In this document: piece by piece, positions 17,520 through 30,512 of the stretch
Position numbering within the stretch: position 1 is the first letter of the stretch
Layout of the letters: each line of letters begins with the position of its first letter
Assembly (NCBI GenBank): GCA_964626845.1
Contig: CAZVGR010000007.1
Location: 4,820-68,819 of the forward strand
Origin: an uncultured Anaerolinea sp.
Lineage (GTDB): Bacteria; Chloroflexota; Anaerolineae; JAAEKA01
Direction: 5' to 3'
DNA: 64,000 nt
Program-made: the position numbers and the translations under genes
The notes under the pieces: generated by a model
The model's database searches: none
What the model was told of the DNA's origin: nothing
The model's input: only the letters and a program-made list of their open reading frames with translations

Positions 17520-19070
17520 CTAACGCCCCACGCGCGTGTCCGCATCGTGAAAGAGCAGCTCGCCGTAGGGCGACTGCCGCTCGCCAGCCAGGCACGCACC
17601 GTGTACCGCAAACGTGATGCGTCGGGTTAGCAGCGGCTGCCAGATCGCTTGCTCCAGCACCGCGCGCTGCGCCTGGTTGATCAGTTGCTGGCGCAGCGTT
17701 GGATCGGTGGTCGCACGCGCCTGGCGGATCCAGCCGGCGATGTCCCCCTGCGCATAGTTCAGCAAATTGCGCGGCCCCGGCCCCAGAAAAATGCTCAGCG
17801 CAGTGTAGTCGGCCCAGGCATAGTCGAAAAGCAGCAGGTCGAATTCCTGACGCTCGGCCAGCAGGCGGGAGCGGGGCGTCTCCCGCACTCGGACCGGCCC
17901 CAAGCCCACGGCCTCCAACTGTGTCTGAACTAACGCAGCCAGAGTGCGGTAGGTTGCGCTCTCCGGGATCAGTAGTGTGATCGGCTGGCCATGACCCTGG
18001 CCAGCCTGGCTGAGCAGGCGCCGACTTTGTTCAGGGTCGTAGGCATAGCCAGCGCTGGCCACGGCGGGGTCGTAGCCCGCCGCATTCGGGGCCAAGGGGG
18101 TGTCGAGCACAGCGAAGGGACCTGTGGCGGCCAGAGCTGTCTTATCCAAAGCCAGCGCAACGGCCTGCCGCGCCCGCAGGTCTTGCCAGCGCGCTTTCTG
18201 AAAGTTGAAGCCCAGGTAGGTCACCCCGCCGCTGGCTGTGTAGAGACGCATCTGGGGCAAGCCGGCGGCCTGATCCAGGTCTTCCTGGCTCAGGCTCAGC
18301 ACACATCCGTCGCCCGCCATCAAGGCTGCCAGCCGCTCGGCGCGTTCAGCCTCAAAGACGAAGCGCAGTTGGGGGATTTGGGCCAGGCTCCGATTGGCGA
18401 AGAGTGCTGGCGGCCAGCGATAGGAGCGGTAACGTGTCAGCGTCAACGTCTCTTCCGGGCGATACAGCTCGCGCCGAAACTGATAAGGCCCGGTGCAGGC
18501 GACGAAGCCCGCTGCTACCTCGTCGGTCGCGTGCGGAGACACGATGGCCGCATACGGGTTGCTCAATACAAAGCGCACGAACTCGTAGTCCGGCTCAGGC
18601 AAAGTGAACTGAACGCTCATGCCGTCTGGCTGCGCCTCCACCTGCACCTGGCGCAAATCGCTCAGCAGCGGCGAGGCCCCCAGCCGTTGCAGGCGCTCGA
18701 AGCTGCGCTGCACCGCGGCCGCGTCCAGCGGCGCGCCATCGTGGAAGGTGATGCCCGGGCGCAACATCACCGTCACCCCACGACCATCCTCGCTGACCCG
18801 CCACTCGTCCTGCGCCAGCAACCCGCGCACGATGCCTTGCCCATCTTCGTAGAACAACGGCTCGCAGACGTGCCGAAAGACATCGGCCGCCACGGCGTTC
18901 GACGTGCGCTGTGGATCGAACATGCCGGGGTCGGCGCTCCACAGCACAGTCAGCGGCCGGCCACCCACATCATCCACCTGCGCCACGAACCACAGCAGCG
19001 CGGCCATCGTCCATAGCAGCGTTGCAGGCAAGGCCAATCTTGAGAGTGCCCCAAGCCAACGGCGTTTCAT
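17520..19070 (-). CDS. Family-5 (DppA/OppA-like) solute-binding protein with N-terminal TM anchor
   Basis: 'MKRRWLGALSRLALPATLLWTMAALLWFV' is followed by SBP_bac_5-like sequence ('FDPQRTSN...', 'ITFHDGAPLDAAAV'). ATGA overlaps the stop of 19067..19918. Confidence 0.75.
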   Translation of the reverse strand: MKRRWLGALSRLALPATLLWTMAALLWFVAQVDDVGGRPLTVLWSADPGMFDPQRTSNAVAADVFRHVCEPLFYEDGQGIVRGLLAQDEWRVSEDGRGVTVMLRPGITFHDGAPLDAAAVQRSFERLQRLGASPLLSDLRQVQVEAQPDGMSVQFTLPEPDYEFVRFVLSNPYAAIVSPHATDEVAAGFVACTGPYQFRRELYRPEETLTLTRYRSYRWPPALFANRSLAQIPQLRFVFEAERAERLAALMAGDGCVLSLSQEDLDQAAGLPQMRLYTASGGVTYLGFNFQKARWQDLRARQAVALALDKTALAATGPFAVLDTPLAPNAAGYDPAVASAGYAYDPEQSRRLLSQAGQGHGQPITLLIPESATYRTLAALVQTQLEAVGLGPVRVRETPRSRLLAERQEFDLLLFDYAWADYTALSIFLGPGPRNLLNYAQGDIAGWIRQARATTDPTLRQQLINQAQRAVLEQAIWQPLLTRRITFAVHGACLAGERQSPYGELLFHDADTRVGR

Positions 19071-19918
19071 GGAGCGGCGTCCTTTTGATCCACATACAGC
19101 GCATAGCCCATGCCATGCATGGTGCGGAGGAGGCGCGGTGAGCGCGGGTCCAGCTCGATCTTCTGGCGCACATTGAAGACCAATCGGCGCAACCGATCGC
19201 TTTGGTCCGCGCGCAGCCCCATCTCGTCCACATCCTCCCCGGGCCAAACCCACTGGAAGAGCGCTTTGGCTGGCTGCGCCTCATCTGGGTGCTGCAGCAG
19301 GGCGCGCAGCAAGCGCTGCTCGTTATCGGTCAACGTGCTCTCCTGCCAGGCCGCGTCCTCGTCTGCCTGCCATGGCTCGCTACGCTTCACCTGGACTACG
19401 GCGCGCGTGCGGTGGATGCGCACTGCCGGCTCCAGCATTAGCCACGGCTCAGTCTCGCTGGTCTGCATGGCGGAGGCAGCCGGCGCCGGGGTGATCGAGG
19501 GCGGCGCAGCGCGTGGCATGACCATGGCTACCACGCCGCTGACCTCATCTGGCCGCCAGAAGACCGGAACAATCACCACGGTTTTGTTGGGCAGGATCGT
19601 GTCCAGTTGGCTGGCGCGGGCCTCGACCTCAGCCTCCCACAACGCATCGGCCAGCGCGCTCAGCGCGCCGGCGTTGGACTGCCTCCATTCATGCAGCAAC
19701 GCTTCTGCCCCGACGTTGAGCGCAACGAACCCGCCCGCGCGATCGAAATAGATGGCCGGCTGGCTGGCCAGCGCTGGATCGACGGCTGCCAGCGCCGCGG
19801 AAAGCTTGGGGCGGCGAACCGCGAGAACCAGCAGCCAGACCAGCAAAAGCAGGCCGGTCGCTGCAACCACCAGCACTTGCCACAGAGGTGCGTGCCAATA
19901 AACGAATTGTGTCATCAT
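19067..19918 (-). CDS. Membrane-tethered transcriptional regulator with C-terminal OmpR/PhoB-type winged helix
   Basis: Start 'MMTQFVYWHAPLWQVLVVAATGLLLLVWLLVLAVRRPK' carries one TM. The C-terminus 'RLRRLVFNVRQKIE...LLRTMHGMGYALYV' matches the trans_reg_C pattern. There is no receiver domain. Confidence 0.7.
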   Translation of the reverse strand: MMTQFVYWHAPLWQVLVVAATGLLLLVWLLVLAVRRPKLSAALAAVDPALASQPAIYFDRAGGFVALNVGAEALLHEWRQSNAGALSALADALWEAEVEARASQLDTILPNKTVVIVPVFWRPDEVSGVVAMVMPRAAPPSITPAPAASAMQTSETEPWLMLEPAVRIHRTRAVVQVKRSEPWQADEDAAWQESTLTDNEQRLLRALLQHPDEAQPAKALFQWVWPGEDVDEMGLRADQSDRLRRLVFNVRQKIELDPRSPRLLRTMHGMGYALYVDQKDAAP

Positions 19919-20060
19919 AGCCTTCTCTGGCGCGTGGACCTGCGCTGAGCTTTGATCCAACTCCGCTACCCTTTGCACGACTGCGCCGCCCTGGCAGTTC
20001 ACGGAGCACGATGGCTTCACTGCCTTCATTATATGGCAAGCGCCAGGTCGCGTCAAAAGT

Positions 20061-20114
20061 GGTTCGACTCAGGACTGCCAGTCCATCCGAGGACTGGCAG
20101 TCCTGAGTCGAACC
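20061..20114. repeat. Perfect 24-bp-stem hairpin containing the AGGACTGNCAGTCC core
   Basis: GGTTCGACTCAGGACTGCCAGTCC, a 6-nt loop, then GGACTGGCAGTCCTGAGTCGAACC. ACTTTTGA follows on the minus strand, so it could terminate 20309..20770. Confidence 0.75.
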
Positions 20115-20308
20115 ATTTATATTCATCGGCTGAACTGGCCCAACTTGCCGGCTATCGGTCTCTGGCCGGCCCAGCAGATTGGCAACAGTCGCGCCCTACC
20201 TGGTACAAAGCCCCCTCCGACTCAAGACACGACGGATGAACCTCGCCAATCAATCTCGTCCGGGGCTTTACCCACAAACGAGCTCGCTTGGGAGGTCTGT
20301 TTGACCAA

Positions 20309-20770
20309 TCAACACGTATCTGAACAGAGCCAGTAGTATTCGTTCAGCCCGAAACCAGAATCGTAGAAGTAGTGCAAAGAGCGGTTTCTATATTGATGGC
20401 CATATTGACAATTCTGAAAGGTCCCTCGCGCATAGGCAGTTCCTGAGCTGTATGCCCAAGATGCAGAACTGCTGCCGTAACCGTATTGGGACCAAGCTTG
20501 CCAAGTCCCGTTCGAATTGGCACAACGGTCCTCTAGACGGGCGTCAGCAAAGATTTGTTCGATCACTCCTCGTGGTGTCTGAGCATTTGAGGAACTCCAC
20601 ATTTCGCGATCGTTGGGAGAGATCCAGTTAGTCGAGTGGGATCCTGACATACTGGACCCGTTCTTGTACCAAGAGCCAGAAGCTGCGAAGCCAACACCAA
20701 TGGTAGCGGAAAATGCCAATCCGACTATCACCAAGATTGCTACTGGCTGGGTAATCCTGGAAATTCTCAT
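20309..20770 (-). CDS. Hypothetical small secreted Trp/Tyr/Ser/Gly-rich protein with 4 Cys
   Basis: Signal/anchor 'MRISRITQPVAILVIVGLAFSATIGVGFA'. This has the lowest GC in the window by eye. I recognise no family. Confidence 0.55.
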   Translation of the reverse strand: MRISRITQPVAILVIVGLAFSATIGVGFAASGSWYKNGSSMSGSHSTNWISPNDREMWSSSNAQTPRGVIEQIFADARLEDRCANSNGTWQAWSQYGYGSSSASWAYSSGTAYARGTFQNCQYGHQYRNRSLHYFYDSGFGLNEYYWLCSDTC

Positions 20771-20815
20771 AATCCTACCTCGCTTTCTAGTATAACTGGA
20801 GCGTGTCTCGTGGCG

Positions 20816-22150
20816 CTACCTGGCTAGCGCGAAGCTCTGCAATAGTTCCAGGATTTGTTCCGCTGCCAACCCCCGGCCGCTCAGATGAAGAATCGTGTCA
20901 CCAGCTTCGATGACATAGCGCACCTGATCGGGATCCAACCCAATCAACTCCCAGGCAACGACTTGATTTTTGCCCAGCCCGATTTGAATCCGCTCAGCCC
21001 GGGTCCAGGTTGGCCTGGTTTGACGGAGAAGGTCGCGCATTGGGCCGAAGGGACCCTGGATCACTGTCAACCTGGCCGTGTTATCCTCGCTGACGTAGAT
21101 CGTCTGGACACCCACGCCAAGAGCGGCTGCGAACTCGATGTCCTGCAAAAAGCCTGGCCCTGGATGGGAGGAATCGGGGATGGTCAAGCTCGCCGCCACT
21201 AATTGCAGTGGGGCTGTCGAGTCGTCAAGGACGTATAGGGGATGATCTACGTGCCGTACGATCTGGTCCAAGGCAGTAAGGTACCGTGTTCCAGCCGGCG
21301 CAGAGAACGAATCTTGAAAGGCATGCTCAGGTATTTCCTGGCGGAACACCGCATCTGCCTGCGCGGTCTCGTCGGACACGAAGTCTGGCTCAGACAGGGT
21401 GCGATAGGAAACGACGTGTTCGGCGCCAGCTCGATCCCACACAACCCGGGCTTCGCCGATAGGCGCGAAACTGGCGGGATCGAAATCGAGCCGCGTCGCT
21501 TGTGACCTTGGTTGTAGATCGGCCACAAAAGGTCGGGAAAAGCTCAAGAGGGCCGCTTCGATGCCTTGAGACGCCCACGTCGCTCCGTCGAGATCGATCG
21601 CCTGGGTGTAGACGCTTATCACCGGGCGCCCATCCGGGGCAAGTGTCTGCCGGCGAGACAGCCCCTCTTGTTCCAGAAAGTCTTCGATGAGCGCCACCCG
21701 TTCGTCTCGAAAGGGGCTAGCCTGCATGGCATATCTATAGGCCTTGTCCTCTTGCGGGAAGTAATCGGTCTCGACGCCGTGGTCGAACATCAAATCTTGC
21801 AGCAGCTCACCATCTTCACTGCGCAACTGGGTCCGCCAGCGCACTGTTTCTCCCTGCGCATCGATCTCAAGCCAGGTGTCTTCAATCTGGCGGGCTGGCC
21901 AGATTTCTTCATAGGGCAGGTGATAAGGATCGCCCGGTTCCAGACCGGCCGGTGGTCCTCGGTGATACAAAGTATACGACAGATGGACGATTTGACCCGG
22001 CTCCGGCGTCTCGATCTGCGCCAAGGCCGTTTGCAGCACTTGTCTGGCCTCGCGCCCTTCTGCCACAGGCACGCCCACAGCAACCAGGGCGATCAGCAGG
22101 CTCGCCAGAATCAAGATCCCGGCGGCGCCTACAATGGGTTTAGATCTCAT
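20816..22150 (-). CDS. Hypothetical membrane-anchored protein
   Basis: 'MRSKPIVGAAGILILASLLIALVAVGV' anchor with GAAGGAGG upstream. 444 aa with no recognised domain. Confidence 0.6.
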   Translation of the reverse strand: MRSKPIVGAAGILILASLLIALVAVGVPVAEGREARQVLQTALAQIETPEPGQIVHLSYTLYHRGPPAGLEPGDPYHLPYEEIWPARQIEDTWLEIDAQGETVRWRTQLRSEDGELLQDLMFDHGVETDYFPQEDKAYRYAMQASPFRDERVALIEDFLEQEGLSRRQTLAPDGRPVISVYTQAIDLDGATWASQGIEAALLSFSRPFVADLQPRSQATRLDFDPASFAPIGEARVVWDRAGAEHVVSYRTLSEPDFVSDETAQADAVFRQEIPEHAFQDSFSAPAGTRYLTALDQIVRHVDHPLYVLDDSTAPLQLVAASLTIPDSSHPGPGFLQDIEFAAALGVGVQTIYVSEDNTARLTVIQGPFGPMRDLLRQTRPTWTRAERIQIGLGKNQVVAWELIGLDPDQVRYVIEAGDTILHLSGRGLAAEQILELLQSFALAR

Positions 22151-22539
22151 GCTGGCGCCTCCTTCAATTTTCCATCAATGAACTCCTCGTTGACACACCC
22201 ATCGTACCACAAAACCGCCTTCAATTTCATGAGACTTTATGACTTTTCATGAGTGTTTGTGATTTTGGGGCAGCTACCCCAACGGTATGACGCGATAACC
22301 ATGATACTTTTCGCCAAGACTGCATGATATGGGCCTCCTGTTGACTCATAGCCAAGCGATCCACGGTATCAAGGGGCCAAGAACCTCAACTTGCCTGCGA
22401 CTGAACTGGCGCAAAACCCAAACCGGGGTATCATGGCATCAATCGTTCGCAGATAACGAGACGTCCGACGCTTGTCTGATGAGTTGTCCGTGATGGGTCG
22501 CTCGGGTCAGGCGTCAGGCGCTTCTACAACTTCACCACG

Positions 22540-25407
<2,868 letters not shown>

Positions 25408-25418
25408 GGGTGTGGCTT

Positions 25419-25495
25419 GAGGAACTCGGAGGAGCTCAGAGGAACTCGGAGGAACTGGTGCCTCACTGAGTTCCCCTAGTTCCTCCAAGTTCCCC
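25419..25495. repeat. Inverted short-unit repeat array (GGAACTCGGA / GAGTTCC units) after the stop of 22540..25407
   Basis: Left arm is GAGGAACTCGGAGGAGCTCAGAGGAACTCGGAGGAACTGG. Right arm is GAGTTCCCCTAGTTCCTCCAAGTTCCCC. Confidence 0.7.
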
Positions 25496-25524
25496 AACAG
25501 ACCCCCTGGAAAGGAAGAAACGCT

Positions 25525-26955
25525 GTGGTATCAGCATTGCCTTTAGTGGAACCTGAATCCACGCCGCCTTTGGACCCGCGTTTCCGGCCGGCGGTGCTGG
25601 CCAACCGGGCGTTCCGCCGCGCGGCCGTCGAGGCCGGCGCGGCCACGCCGTTGGTGATCGCCCTGGAGCGCTCCGACGGCGCGGTGTCCCGCTTCGAGAC
25701 TGTGGCCCTGGCCGAGGATCACCCGCAGGCCGCGGCCAACCTGCCCTACGCCGAGCGGCTGGTCAAGTTCCTGCTCTGGGCGCGCGGCGGCTGGAAGGTG
25801 ACGGTCGGCGGGCCTGCCAGCCCCCGGTCGCAGCCGGGGACAAGCATCGCCGAGCACATCCGCCAGGTCTACTCGCCCAGCGGGCCGCGCGCCTTCGACT
25901 ACCACTTCATGGGCGAGCAGGTCTACCAGCAGCCGTTCACGGTCGAAGCGTGCGCAGCCGAGGAGGCGCCGGCAGCGCGCGAGGCCGGCCAAGCGCTGGG
26001 CCGCCATCTGGACGGCTGCCGCATCGGCTTCGACCTGGGTGCGTCGGACCTGAAAGTGTCGGCGGTGATCGACGGCGAACCGATATGGAGCGACGAGATC
26101 GTCTGGGAGCCGGTGGAGCAGACCGACCCCGACTACCACTACCAGCGCACCACGGCGGCGCTGCGCCTGGCCCAGAGCAAGCTGCCGCGGCTGGACGCCA
26201 TCGGCGGCAGCTCGGCCGGCGTCTACGTGGACAACCGGCCTATGGTCGCCTCGCTCTTCCGCGGCATCCCGGCCGAGCGCTACGGCGAGATCCGCAGCCT
26301 GTTCCTGCGCATCCGCGACGAGTTCGGCGTGCCGCTGGAGGTGATCAACGATGGCGATGTGACCGCGCTGGCCGGCGCGATGTCGCTGGAAGATAACGGG
26401 GTGCTGGGCATCGCCCTGGGCAGCAGCCAGGCCGTGGGCTACGTGGACCTGCGCGGGGCTGTTACCGGCTGGCTGAACGAGCTGGCCTTCGCGCCGGTGG
26501 ATTACAATCCCGCCGCGCCGGTCGACGAATGGTCGGGCGACAGCGGGGTCGGCTCGCAGTACTTCTCGCAGCAGTGCGTCTTCCGCCTGGCGCCGCAGGT
26601 GGGCATCGCCCTGCCCGACGGCCCCGGCGTCACCAAAGCCGAGAAGCTCAAGCACGTCCAGGGCTATCTGGAGGCCGGACACGACGGCGCGGTCAAGATC
26701 TGGCAGAGCATCGGCGTCTACCTGGGCTACGGGCTGGCCCACTACGCCGAGTTCTACGACCTGCGCCACGTGCTGATCCTGGGCCGGGTGACCAGCGGCA
26801 GCGGCGGCCAGTTGATCCTGGACGGCGCGAAAGCCGTGCTGGCGGCCGAGTTTCCGGAGCTGGCTGGCGTCAACATTCAGTTGCCCGACGAGAAGAGCCG
26901 GCGCGTGGGGCAGTCGATTGCTGCGGCCAGCTTGCCGGCGCGCGCGAATCGGTGA
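25525..26955 (+). CDS. ROK/ASKHA-type sugar kinase with ~170-aa N-terminal extension
   Basis: 'IGFDLGASDLKVSAV', 'VINDGDVTALAGAM' and 'LGIALGSSQAVGYVD' match a ROK/polyphosphate-glucokinase-like pattern. No CxCGxxGC zinc motif was seen. GTG start as given by the track. Confidence 0.6.
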   Translation: MVSALPLVEPESTPPLDPRFRPAVLANRAFRRAAVEAGAATPLVIALERSDGAVSRFETVALAEDHPQAAANLPYAERLVKFLLWARGGWKVTVGGPASPRSQPGTSIAEHIRQVYSPSGPRAFDYHFMGEQVYQQPFTVEACAAEEAPAAREAGQALGRHLDGCRIGFDLGASDLKVSAVIDGEPIWSDEIVWEPVEQTDPDYHYQRTTAALRLAQSKLPRLDAIGGSSAGVYVDNRPMVASLFRGIPAERYGEIRSLFLRIRDEFGVPLEVINDGDVTALAGAMSLEDNGVLGIALGSSQAVGYVDLRGAVTGWLNELAFAPVDYNPAAPVDEWSGDSGVGSQYFSQQCVFRLAPQVGIALPDGPGVTKAEKLKHVQGYLEAGHDGAVKIWQSIGVYLGYGLAHYAEFYDLRHVLILGRVTSGSGGQLILDGAKAVLAAEFPELAGVNIQLPDEKSRRVGQSIAAASLPARANR

Positions 26956-26976
26956 ATAGAAATCCCTGGTTCTCTG

Positions 26977-27005
26977 TTGACCGGTGTGGTGCGCTGTGCT
27001 ACAAT
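26977..27005 (+). promoter_or_regulatory. Near-consensus sigma70-type promoter for the UPF0175/DUF3368 cassette
   Basis: TTGACC (26977-26982), a 17-nt spacer, then TACAAT (27000-27005). It lies ~70 nt upstream of the ATG at 27078. Confidence 0.6.
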
Positions 27006-27077
27006 CACCTCAGGATGACCCTCAGGTCTCAATTCGTGGCGCAGGGCCAACACCCATAACGGGAGTCAGAGTGAAGC

Positions 27078-27329
27078 ATGACCATACGACAAGTAGTCCT
27101 CGATATCCCAGAGAAGGTGCTCTTGGCGGAAAAGACCGACGAGACATCCTTTGCGCGCGAACTGCGCATGCTAGCGGCAGTGAAGCTGTATGAACTGGGG
27201 CGGCTGTCTTCTGGCCGCGCGGCTGAGTTGGCAGGCATGCCCCGCGTGGAGTTCCTGCTGAATCTGGGACGCTACAAGGTGTTTCCATTGCAGTCTGAGT
27301 TGACTGATTTGGAAAGCCATCATGCCTAA
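27078..27329 (+). CDS. UPF0175-family antitoxin-like protein
   Basis: 'AAVKLYELGRLSSGRAAELAGMPRVEFLLNLGRYKV' matches the UPF0175 pattern. It overlaps the downstream PIN-like gene by 8 nt. Confidence 0.75.
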   Translation: MTIRQVVLDIPEKVLLAEKTDETSFARELRMLAAVKLYELGRLSSGRAAELAGMPRVEFLLNLGRYKVFPLQSELTDLESHHA

Positions 27330-27810
27330 GGCTATCAGCAACACATCGCCGTTGTTGTATCTCTACCGCATCGGGGGCATGGATTGGCTTCCAGCCCTGT
27401 TCGATGAAGTGTGGATTCCTGCGTCAGTCTTGGGGGAACTGAAGGAAGGTCAGAGAAGGGGCTACGATGTGCCTGATCCCAGCCATTATCGTTGGTTACG
27501 CGTGAAGAACCCTCAAGCCATGCCTTCTGAATGGCTGGCCCTGGATCTGGGACCAGGCGAACTCGCCGCCATGGCTCTAGCGCTTGAGAATCCGGAGCTG
27601 ATCGTTCTGCTGGACGATCAGCTTGCCCGGCATACTGCGCAGGCCGCTGGTCTGTCCGTCTGGGGGACGCTGCGAGTACTGCTGGAGGCCAAGTCAATCG
27701 GGCTGATTGCCATGGTTGAGCCTTTCGTCAACCGTTTGGGCGAAAGCGGTATGTGGCTCTCCACAGACATTCGTCAGCGCATCTTGGCTTTGGCTGGAGA
27801 GAGTGTGTAA
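27322..27810 (+). CDS. DUF3368 (PIN-like nuclease) toxin-like protein
   Basis: 'ISNTSPLLYLYRIGGMDWLPALFDEVWIPASVLGEL' matches the DUF3368 pattern. This family is the usual partner of UPF0175. Confidence 0.75.
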   Translation: MPKAISNTSPLLYLYRIGGMDWLPALFDEVWIPASVLGELKEGQRRGYDVPDPSHYRWLRVKNPQAMPSEWLALDLGPGELAAMALALENPELIVLLDDQLARHTAQAAGLSVWGTLRVLLEAKSIGLIAMVEPFVNRLGESGMWLSTDIRQRILALAGESV

Positions 27811-27823
27811 GCCCTGAGGTCGC

Positions 27824-27880
27824 GTCACCAACGGGGCACGACCCCGCCGTAACGGGTGACCGTCCGGCTGATAGCCGGAC
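27824..27880. repeat. REP-like hairpin pair
   Basis: GTCACC...GGTGAC encloses CGGGGCACGACCCCG. It is followed by GTCCGGCTGATAGCCGGAC (27862-27880). Confidence 0.5.
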
Positions 27881-27895
27881 TACGAAGCAGCACTC

Positions 27896-29047
<1,152 letters not shown>

Positions 29048-29058
29048 AGCATCAGCCA

Positions 29059-29127
29059 CGAATTGGGCGAATTAAGCGAATTTCGGATTCCGGCCTCTGC
29101 CATTCGTGAAATTCGCGAAATTCGCGG
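29059..29127. repeat. Inverted short-unit repeat array (GCGAATT units) between nagA and the SIS gene
   Basis: Left arm is CGAATTGGGCGAATTAAGCGAATTTCGG. Right arm is CATTCGTGAAATTCGCGAAATTCGCGG. Confidence 0.7.
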
Positions 29128-29142
29128 CAGAAAGACCTGACC

Positions 29143-30192
29143 ATGATCGACCTGACCACCACCAACCTATACCGGGAGATTCACGAGCAGCCGGCCGTGC
29201 TGGCGCGGGTGCTGCTGGAGGAGCGGGCTACGGCCGAGGCGCTGGCGGCAGAGATCCGGCGGCGCGGCGTGGACCACATGGTGATCGCGGCGCGCGGCAC
29301 CAGCGATAACGCGGCCCGCTACGCCCAATACCTGCTGGGCGCGCATAACGGCCTGCCCGTCGGCCTGGCCGCGCCCAGCCTGTTCAGCATCTATCGCCAG
29401 CCGCCCCGCTTCGGCAACGCGCTGGTGCTGGGCATCAGCCAGAGCGGCAAGAGCCCCGACATCGTCTCGGTGCTGGCTGAAGCGCAGCAGCAGGGCGCGC
29501 TGACGGCCGCCATCACCAACTTCCCTCACTCTGATCTGGCCCAGGTCGCAAACTTCGTCCTGGACCTGCACGCGGGCGAGGAGAAGTCGGTGGCTGCGAC
29601 CAAGACCTACACCGCCTCGCTGGCCGCGCTGGCCCTGCTCAGCGCGGCGCTGAGCAAAGACGATGAGCTGCGCGGCGCGCTGGACAAAGTCCCCGGCGTG
29701 GCGGCCCAGGCGCTGGCGCAGCCCGGTATCGACCGGGTGGCCGAGCGCTACCGCTACATGAACGCCTGCATCGCCATCGGCCGCGGCTTCAACTACTGCA
29801 CCGCCTTCGAGCTGGCCCTCAAGCTGAAGGAGCTGACCTACACCGTGGTCGAGCCGTACAGCAGCGCCGACTTCCTGCATGGCCCGCTGGCGCTGCTCAG
29901 TGAAGGCTTTCCCATGATCGTGGTCGCGCCGTCGGGCAAGATGCTGCCGGAGATCAAGGCTTTCATGGCCACCGCCAGGGAACGCGCGGCCGAGCTGGTG
30001 GTGATCAGCGACGAAGCCGACGCGCTGACCATGGCGCGCATGCCGCTGGCCCTGCCGGCCGGCGTGCCGGAGTGGCTGTCGCCCATGATTGCCATCCTGC
30101 CCGCTCAGCTCTTCGCCATGCATCTGGCCCACACGCGCGACTACGACCCCGACCGGCCGCGTGCGTTGCGGAAAGTGACAGAAACGCTGTGA
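29143..30192 (+). CDS. SIS-domain sugar-phosphate isomerase/deaminase (GlmS-isomerase-like; candidate GlcN-6-P deaminase NagB-II)
   Basis: Two SIS repeats ('[12 protein letters not shown]', '[11 protein letters not shown]'). Adjacent to nagA. Confidence 0.75.
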   Translation: MIDLTTTNLYREIHEQPAVLARVLLEERATAEALAAEIRRRGVDHMVIAARGTSDNAARYAQYLLGAHNGLPVGLAAPSLFSIYRQPPRFGNALVLGISQSGKSPDIVSVLAEAQQQGALTAAITNFPHSDLAQVANFVLDLHAGEEKSVAATKTYTASLAALALLSAALSKDDELRGALDKVPGVAAQALAQPGIDRVAERYRYMNACIAIGRGFNYCTAFELALKLKELTYTVVEPYSSADFLHGPLALLSEGFPMIVVAPSGKMLPEIKAFMATARERAAELVVISDEADALTMARMPLALPAGVPEWLSPMIAILPAQLFAMHLAHTRDYDPDRPRALRKVTETL

Positions 30193-30224
30193 TTGCTGAT
30201 TGGGGGAGCAAGCTGGCTGGCAAC

Positions 30225-30253
30225 TTGCAGCAATCGACGCTGCCGGGTACAAT
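30225..30253 (+). promoter_or_regulatory. Near-consensus sigma70-type promoter for vapBC
   Basis: TTGCAG (30225-30230), a 17-nt spacer, then TACAAT (30248-30253). Confidence 0.6.
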
Positions 30254-30288
30254 CGATCATAGCGACAGGCAACGCAAGTATGATCGAT
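30252..30288 (+). promoter_or_regulatory. 10-bp inverted repeat, candidate VapB operator
   Basis: ATCGATCATA-N17-TATGATCGAT lies immediately after the -10 box and before the RBS AAGGAG. Confidence 0.5.
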
Positions 30289-30305
30289 CAAGGAGTGTGA
30301 GTCCT

Positions 30306-30512
30306 ATGGAGGCTGTGGTCGTCTCGCCGAAGTATCAAGTGGTCATTCCACGCTCGATTCGTGAGCCGTTGGGATTACGGCCCGGACAGACGGTGCAAGT
30401 GATTCTCTATGACAACCGTATCGAGCTCATTCCTGTCCGTCCGATCCGTGAGATGCGCGGGTTCCTGAGGGGAATCGACACCACGGTCGAACGGGAGCCT
30501 GATCGCGTATGA
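30306..30512 (+). CDS. vapB: AbrB/MazE/SpoVT-type antitoxin
   Basis: 'VVSPKYQVVIPRSIREPLGLRPGQTVQV' is a swapped-hairpin motif. It overlaps vapC by 4 nt. Confidence 0.8.
   Translation: MEAVVVSPKYQVVIPRSIREPLGLRPGQTVQVILYDNRIELIPVRPIREMRGFLRGIDTTVEREPDRV

Noticed and set aside
20309-20770. Calling the small Cys-containing secreted protein a bacteriocin or toxin
   Set aside because: There is no adjacent immunity, processing or export genes, and I recognise no family motif. Only its composition is unusual.
14950-22500. Calling the two low-GC islands (14.95-22.5 kb and 52.9-61 kb) integrated mobile elements or prophage
   Set aside because: No integrase, transposase, phage structural genes, flanking tRNA or direct repeats are visible. 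The lower GC alone is insufficient.
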